64,000 nucleotides of DNA. It comes from Methanomethylophilus sp. (GTDB taxonomy: Archaea > Thermoplasmatota > Thermoplasmata > Methanomassiliicoccales > Methanomethylophilaceae). Shown one piece after another: positions 59,375 to 64,000 of the stretch. Numbering within the stretch: the stretch's first letter is position 1; each line of letters opens with the position of its first letter. The translations under genes and the position numbers were made by a program. Under the pieces are notes generated by a model. The model was not told where the DNA came from. It worked only from the letters and a program-made list of their open reading frames with translations, and did no database searches. The stretch lies in NCBI GenBank assembly GCA_050944195.1, contig JBMNQO010000001.1, positions 50,603 to 114,602 of the forward strand. The letters are read 5' to 3'.

Positions 59375-60088
59375 ATGAACGAGTCTGTCCTCGAAACGAA
59401 CAAGATGTACGCCGAGAAGCTGAAGACCGTCCTGAAGCTCAGGCACGAGCCGGTGGCGGTCAAGCTGATCCGCGAAGGGGAGGAGTTCCCCGCCTGCTGC
59501 TCCCGCCCGGAGAAGCAGATGAGCCACTGCCAGGCGGTCTTCGCCGCCAAGGACGGTGCCTGCCTGGCCATGTACGCGGAGGACGAGTCCTGCCACGTGG
59601 GCTCCTCCGCCCTGGGCATGGTCGAGACCCCCGAGAAGGTGGCCACCGGCGAGTTCCACGCCAAGCTCGGGATGCACGATACCCCCGAGTCGGCGGCCAA
59701 GATGATCGCCGACCGCAAGGTGGTGCCGTTCAAGACCCTCGGCGAGGCCGTCTGCCCGCTGGCGAAAGCGGACTACGTCCCCGACACCGTCGAGATCATC
59801 GACATCCCCGAGCGGATCTACTGGGTGATCCCCCTGGAGACCGCCGCCAAGGGCGGGCGGGTGAACTTCTCCACCTCGCCCTTCCAGTGCGCCTGCGAGG
59901 ACATCACCGCAATCCCCATCATCACCAACGCCCCGAACATCTCCCTCGGCTGCTTCGGGTGCCGGCGCAAGACCGACATGAAGGCCGACGAGATGGCGGT
60001 GGGCATCCCCTACAGCAGGATGCCGGACTACGTCTCCCGCTTCGACCGCTACGCGGCCGGGCCGATGGCGAAGGCCAAGCGCGACTGA
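59375..60088 (+). CDS. DUF169-family protein
   Basis: 237 aa. LRHEPVAVKLI near the N-terminus and a Cys-rich C-terminal half, as I recall for DUF169; not verified. Confidence 0.55.
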   Translation: MNESVLETNKMYAEKLKTVLKLRHEPVAVKLIREGEEFPACCSRPEKQMSHCQAVFAAKDGACLAMYAEDESCHVGSSALGMVETPEKVATGEFHAKLGMHDTPESAAKMIADRKVVPFKTLGEAVCPLAKADYVPDTVEIIDIPERIYWVIPLETAAKGGRVNFSTSPFQCACEDITAIPIITNAPNISLGCFGCRRKTDMKADEMAVGIPYSRMPDYVSRFDRYAAGPMAKAKRD

Positions 60089-60095
60089 GGGGGCG

Positions 60096-60142
60096 GCGGG
60101 AGCGCCGAAAATACGCTCCCGCCCCTTCCCGGCCCATTTTTT
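60096..60142 (+). terminator. Intrinsic-like terminator upstream of the mcr promoter
   Basis: GCGGGAGCG (9-nt loop) CGCTCCCGC followed by CCCATTTTTTAT. Confidence 0.5.
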
Positions 60143-60175
60143 ATGCGCCGATAGCAGGATTTGTGCTATCCGACC

Positions 60176-60189
60176 AAATCATTAAATAA
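60176..60189 (+). promoter_or_regulatory. Putative BRE/TATA element of the mcr operon
   Basis: AAATCATTAAATAA, identical to 643..656. AGCCACGCTT follows about 21 nt downstream (60210..60219), as it does at the S12 promoter (684..693). Confidence 0.5.
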
Positions 60190-60261
60190 AATCCGATTTC
60201 CCAGAGCCGAGCCACGCTTGATATCTTCACTTTTAGGTTTGACTAAATATTGCAACTTTTT

Positions 60262-60281
60262 CGAAAAACGGCGGTTTTTCG
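60262..60281 (+). promoter_or_regulatory. Perfect 8-bp inverted repeat in the mcr upstream region
   Basis: CGAAAAAC ggcg GTTTTTCG, 5 nt upstream of a second TATA-like box. Confidence 0.4.
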
Positions 60282-60286
60282 GAATG

Positions 60287-60294
60287 TTTTATAA
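60287..60294 (+). promoter_or_regulatory. Second TATA-like box upstream of mcrB
   Basis: TTTTATAA about 90 nt before the mcrB ATG. It could be an alternative promoter or simply part of the leader. Confidence 0.3.
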
Positions 60295-60326
60295 GTGAAT
60301 CTGATATTCAGAGAACTGCAAGGGGA

Positions 60327-60352
60327 ACACGGAAGATTCGCTTTTTCCGTGT
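60327..60352 (+). promoter_or_regulatory. Stem-loop in the mcrB 5' leader
   Basis: ACACGGAA (10-nt loop) TTCCGTGT, 15 nt upstream of the AAGGAGG RBS. Confidence 0.45.
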
Positions 60353-60379
60353 AGCAAGAAGAAAGAAAGGAGGTTTTTA

Positions 60380-61708
60380 ATGCCGAAATACAAGGACGTA
60401 ATAGACCTGTATGATGACTACGGCAAACGCATCGCGAAAGATGTGCCGCTGGAAGCCATCAGTCCGCTGCGCAACAAGGCAATCCAGAAGATCGCCTCGC
60501 TCACAGAGAGGACCATTGCGGTCAACCTCGCCGGGATCGAGAACGCTCTCAAGACCGGTGCGGTAGGCGGCAGCATCATCCGCGGCAAGGAGATCGACGT
60601 TCCTCTCGTGAAGGACGCCAAGAAGCTCGCGGCCGACATCAAAGCGCTCGTTCAGGTCACCGACGGCGACGACACCGTTGTCGAGGTCAAGAACGGCGGC
60701 AAGCTGCTCACCATCATCGTGCCCGTTGACAGGTTCCAGGCGGGAATCGAGTACACCACCGGTTTCACCGCCGTCGCCGCTGCCACCACCGAGGCCATCA
60801 TCGACAGGTACAAAGTGCCGATGTACAAGGCCAACATGGTGAAGGCCGCTGTCTGGGGCAAATACCCGCAGACCGTCAACTTCGTCGGATCGAACATCAA
60901 ATCGATCCTCGAGCCCCCGCAGATGAACGAGGGTGCCGGATTCGCCCTGAGGAACATCATGGCGAACCACGTCGTCGCTCTCGTCCAGAGGAACGCCATG
61001 CAGGGAACCGCCCTGTCCTCGATCTTCGAGACCTGCGCCGCCTACGAGATGGGCGACGCCGTCGGACCCTTCGAGAGGCAGCACCTGCTGACCCTCGCCT
61101 ACCAGGGCCTCAACGCCAACAACCTGGTCTACACCCTCGTCAAGAAGAACGGCAAGACCGGGACCGTCGGAACCGTCGTCGGCTCCCTCATGGAGAGGGC
61201 CCTCGAGGACGGCGTCATCCGCGTGAAGAAAACCCTCCCGTCGGGATACAAGCTGTACACCACCGACGACCTGCCCCTCTGGAACGCCTACGCGGCGGCC
61301 GGCGAGGTCGCGGCTGTCATGGTGAACGTCGGTGCCGCCCGTGCGGCCCAGGGTATCCCCTCGACCGTTCTGTACTACAACGACCTCCTGGAGCACGAGT
61401 CCTCGCTCCCCGGCGTGGACTACGGACGCGCGGAGGGTGTCGGTGTCGGAATGTCCTTCTTCTCCCACTCCATCTACGGCGGCGGAGGACCCGGACTGTT
61501 CCACGGCAACCACGTCGTCACCAGGCATGCCAAGGGATCCCTCATCCCCGCTGTCACCGCAGGAAACTGCCTGGACGGCGGAACCCAGACCTTCTCTGCC
61601 GAGGCCACTTCCGGTCTCTTCAAAGACGTCTTCGGAGGAATGCCCGAGTTCAACACCCCGATGCAGTTCGTCGGAGCCGAGGCGAAGAAGATCAGGAACA
61701 AGCTCTGA
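60380..61708 (+). CDS. mcrB: Methyl-coenzyme M reductase beta subunit
   Basis: 442 aa with full-length McrB similarity ([16 protein letters not shown]..., YGGGGPG, VTRH) and a strong AAGGAGG RBS. Confidence 0.97.
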   Translation: MPKYKDVIDLYDDYGKRIAKDVPLEAISPLRNKAIQKIASLTERTIAVNLAGIENALKTGAVGGSIIRGKEIDVPLVKDAKKLAADIKALVQVTDGDDTVVEVKNGGKLLTIIVPVDRFQAGIEYTTGFTAVAAATTEAIIDRYKVPMYKANMVKAAVWGKYPQTVNFVGSNIKSILEPPQMNEGAGFALRNIMANHVVALVQRNAMQGTALSSIFETCAAYEMGDAVGPFERQHLLTLAYQGLNANNLVYTLVKKNGKTGTVGTVVGSLMERALEDGVIRVKKTLPSGYKLYTTDDLPLWNAYAAAGEVAAVMVNVGAARAAQGIPSTVLYYNDLLEHESSLPGVDYGRAEGVGVGMSFFSHSIYGGGGPGLFHGNHVVTRHAKGSLIPAVTAGNCLDGGTQTFSAEATSGLFKDVFGGMPEFNTPMQFVGAEAKKIRNKL

Positions 61709-61727
61709 AGAGTCCGAAGGTCTGCAT

Positions 61728-62153
61728 ATGGCGAAAACTGAAGTAGAATACGCGAACGTCCCCCTTCCCGAGGTCAGGATCATGACCAACAGGCTCCTCT
61801 CGGCGGAATCCACCGAGAAGGTCCTCAACGCCATCGATTCCATCGAGCACATACGCCAGATCAACATGACGGGCGAGAGCCTGCCCAAGACGATCAACAG
61901 CGGGCCCGCCAAAGGACAGGAGAACAACCATTCCGAGAGGAGGATCATCCATGTCAACGGACACGAGGTGGAGCTCCGCTGCGAGGTGGGCGCCTTCTAC
62001 ATCGAGCTCGAGGTGGACGACAAGGACATGCTCGAGAGCACCGTCGAGAAGATCAAGGCCGCATGCGATGCGACCGTCCCCTACGGGTACACGATCGACA
62101 TCGGCAGGTACAGCAAATACAGACCGACTCTGCATGATTACAGGAGTGCGTAA
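61728..62153 (+). CDS. mcrD: Methyl-coenzyme M reductase operon protein D
   Basis: 141 aa with [21 protein letters not shown]...GESLP...[14 protein letters not shown], McrD-like, in the conserved position after mcrB. Confidence 0.9.
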   Translation: MAKTEVEYANVPLPEVRIMTNRLLSAESTEKVLNAIDSIEHIRQINMTGESLPKTINSGPAKGQENNHSERRIIHVNGHEVELRCEVGAFYIELEVDDKDMLESTVEKIKAACDATVPYGYTIDIGRYSKYRPTLHDYRSA

Positions 62154-62155
62154 AC

Positions 62156-62935
62156 ATGGCAACAAGTTACAAGAGGCAGTTCTATCCCGGGAACTCCATC
62201 CCTGCGAAAAACAGGCGCAGGTACATGGACCCCAAAGTGAAGCTGAAGAAACTCCGCGACATCCCCATGGACGATGTCGTGAGGCTGATGGGCCACCGTG
62301 TGCCCGGAGCGGCCTACAAGAGCATCCACCCCCCGATCGAGGAGGGCAAGGAGCCCAAGTGCCCCATCAGGCAGCTCGTCACCCCCATCCCCGGCGCGAA
62401 AGCGGGCGACAGGGTCAGGTACATCCAGTTCACCGACTCCGTCTACTTCGCCCCCATCTCGCCCTACCAGAGGGCCTGGATGTACATGTCCAGGTGGAGG
62501 GGAATCGACACCGGTACCCTCTCCGGAAGGCAGATCATCGAGGTCCGCGAGCGCGACCTCGAGCAGTACGCCAAGGAGCTCATCGACGACGAGACCTTCG
62601 ACCCCGCCCTGACCGGCATCAGGGGCGCGACCGTCCACGGCCACGCCTGCCGTCTCGACGAGAACGGGCTCATGTTCGATGCCTGGCAGAGGTACGTGTG
62701 GGACCCCAAGAAGAAAGAGGTCGTCTACGTCAAGGACCAGGTCGCCCTGCCCCTCGACAAGAAGATCTCCGTCGGCAAGCCCGCCTCGATCGCGGACCTC
62801 AAGAAGAGGACCACCATCTTCAGGGCGGACGGCGTCGACATGAGGGACGACAAAGAGGTCACTGACTTCTACATCAGGATCCACAAGCTGAGGACCCTGG
62901 GCGGATACAGGCCCTGGACTGTGAAGGGTGAGTGA
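62156..62935 (+). CDS. mcrG: Methyl-coenzyme M reductase gamma subunit
   Basis: 259 aa with YKRQFYPGN..., [13 protein letters not shown] and GATVHGH; canonical McrG. Confidence 0.97.
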   Translation: MATSYKRQFYPGNSIPAKNRRRYMDPKVKLKKLRDIPMDDVVRLMGHRVPGAAYKSIHPPIEEGKEPKCPIRQLVTPIPGAKAGDRVRYIQFTDSVYFAPISPYQRAWMYMSRWRGIDTGTLSGRQIIEVRERDLEQYAKELIDDETFDPALTGIRGATVHGHACRLDENGLMFDAWQRYVWDPKKKEVVYVKDQVALPLDKKISVGKPASIADLKKRTTIFRADGVDMRDDKEVTDFYIRIHKLRTLGGYRPWTVKGE

Positions 62936-62936
62936 A

Positions 62937-64000
62937 ATGGCTGCTAAGAAACAGGAGAAGCTTTTCCTTGAGGCTTGCAAAAAGAAATTCAAGGAAGACC
63001 CCACCTCGATGGAGACCAAGTACTACTGCTACGGCGGATGGAAACAGTCCAAGTCCAAGGTGGAGTTCCAGAAAGAAGCGAAGGAGATCGCCAAGAAGCG
63101 TGGCTTCCCGATGATGAACGAGGACATCGGTGTGCCTCTGGGACAGAGGTCCTGGATGCCCTACCAGCTGTCCCACACGGACATCTTCGTGGAGCCCGAC
63201 GACCTGCACTGCATCAACAACCCTGCCATCCAGCAGGCTTGGGATGACATCAGGAGGACCGTCCTGGTCGGACTCGACTCCCCGCACAACACCATCCAGA
63301 AGAGGATCGGGAAAGAGGTCACCCCCGAGACCATCAACGCGTATCTCGAGACCGTGAACCACACCATGCCCGGAGGCGCTGTCGTCCAGGAGCACATGGC
63401 CGAGTGCAACCCTGCGCTCGTGTACGACTCCTACGTGAAGGTCTTCTCCGGCGACGACGAGCTCATCGACGAGATCGACCCCAGGTTCGTCATCGACATC
63501 AACAAGAACTTCCCGAAGGACCAGGCCGCCCAGCTCAAGAAAGCGATGGGCAAGACCCTGATGCAGGCTGTCCGCGTGCCGACCATCGTCGGCAGGCTCA
63601 TGGACGGCGCCACCGTATCCAGGCACGCCGCCATGCAGATCTCGATGGCCTTCATCTCCGCCTACAAGCTCGCAGCCGGAGAGGCCGCCATCGCCGACTT
63701 CGCCTACTCCGCGAAACACCAGTCGATCACCATGGGAACCATGATGCCCGCCAGGCGTGTCAGGGGACCCAACGAGCCCGGAGGAATCACCTTCGGCTTC
63801 CTGGACGACATGGTGCAGTCCGACCGCGTCTATCCTGACGACCCCGGCCGCGCGGCCCTCGAGACCGTCGCCCTCGCCGCCGCCATCTACGACCAGATCT
63901 ACCTCGGCGGATACATGTCCGGAGGTGTCGGGTTCACCCAGTACGCCACTGCGGCCTACACCGACAACATCCTCGAGGACTACGTCTACCACGGCATCGA
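62937..64000 (+). CDS. mcrA: Methyl-coenzyme M reductase alpha subunit, N-terminal ~354 aa (runs off the window end)
   Basis: My translation from ATG 62937 reads [22 protein letters not shown]...[10 protein letters not shown]...[11 protein letters not shown]...[20 protein letters not shown]. It is absent from the ORF track because no stop lies within the window. Confidence 0.97.
   Translation, partial: MAAKKQEKLFLEACKKKFKEDPTSMETKYYCYGGWKQSKSKVEFQKEAKEIAKKRGFPMMNEDIGVPLGQRSWMPYQLSHTDIFVEPDDLHCINNPAIQQAWDDIRRTVLVGLDSPHNTIQKRIGKEVTPETINAYLETVNHTMPGGAVVQEHMAECNPALVYDSYVKVFSGDDELIDEIDPRFVIDINKNFPKDQAAQLKKAMGKTLMQAVRVPTIVGRLMDGATVSRHAAMQISMAFISAYKLAAGEAAIADFAYSAKHQSITMGTMMPARRVRGPNEPGGITFGFLDDMVQSDRVYPDDPGRAALETVALAAAIYDQIYLGGYMSGGVGFTQYATAAYTDNILEDYVYHGI

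Overview
GC-rich, tightly packed archaeal chromosome segment: about 65 protein genes, 3 tRNAs and one stand-alone 23S rRNA gene. I found no CRISPR array, transposase, integrase or prophage. It carries the S12-S7-EF2-EF1a-S10 and S13-S4-S11-RpoD clusters, L10e, PolD large subunit, RtcB, a RecJ/GAN-like nuclease and Ala/Ser-tRNA ligases. It also carries chorismate, ILV, arginine and preQ0 (queDCE) biosynthesis genes. An isoprenoid-lipid cluster holds tetraether synthase, ferredoxin, geranylgeranyl reductase and mevalonate kinase. At the right edge sit an MtaA-type methylcobamide:CoM methyltransferase and the start of an mcrB-D-G-A operon. The mcr genes, the 23S gene unlinked from 16S/5S and the absence of TAG stops together suggest a Methanomassiliicoccales-like methyl-reducing methanogen; this is inference, not proof. 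Many long ORFs in the supplied track are GC-driven antisense shadows of the real genes. The observations most worth a second look are:
- a strand-biased 9-mer (TGTGCCAGA) recurring at gene and RNA 3' ends
- a roughly 1300-aa orphan membrane-anchored protein with a lamin-tail-like domain
- complete TAG-stop avoidance
- an identical promoter block shared by the S12 and mcr operons
- a short bacterial-type AlaRS
- a stand-alone NifB
- a membrane-anchored chorismate mutase
- an NYN-nuclease/coiled-coil gene pair
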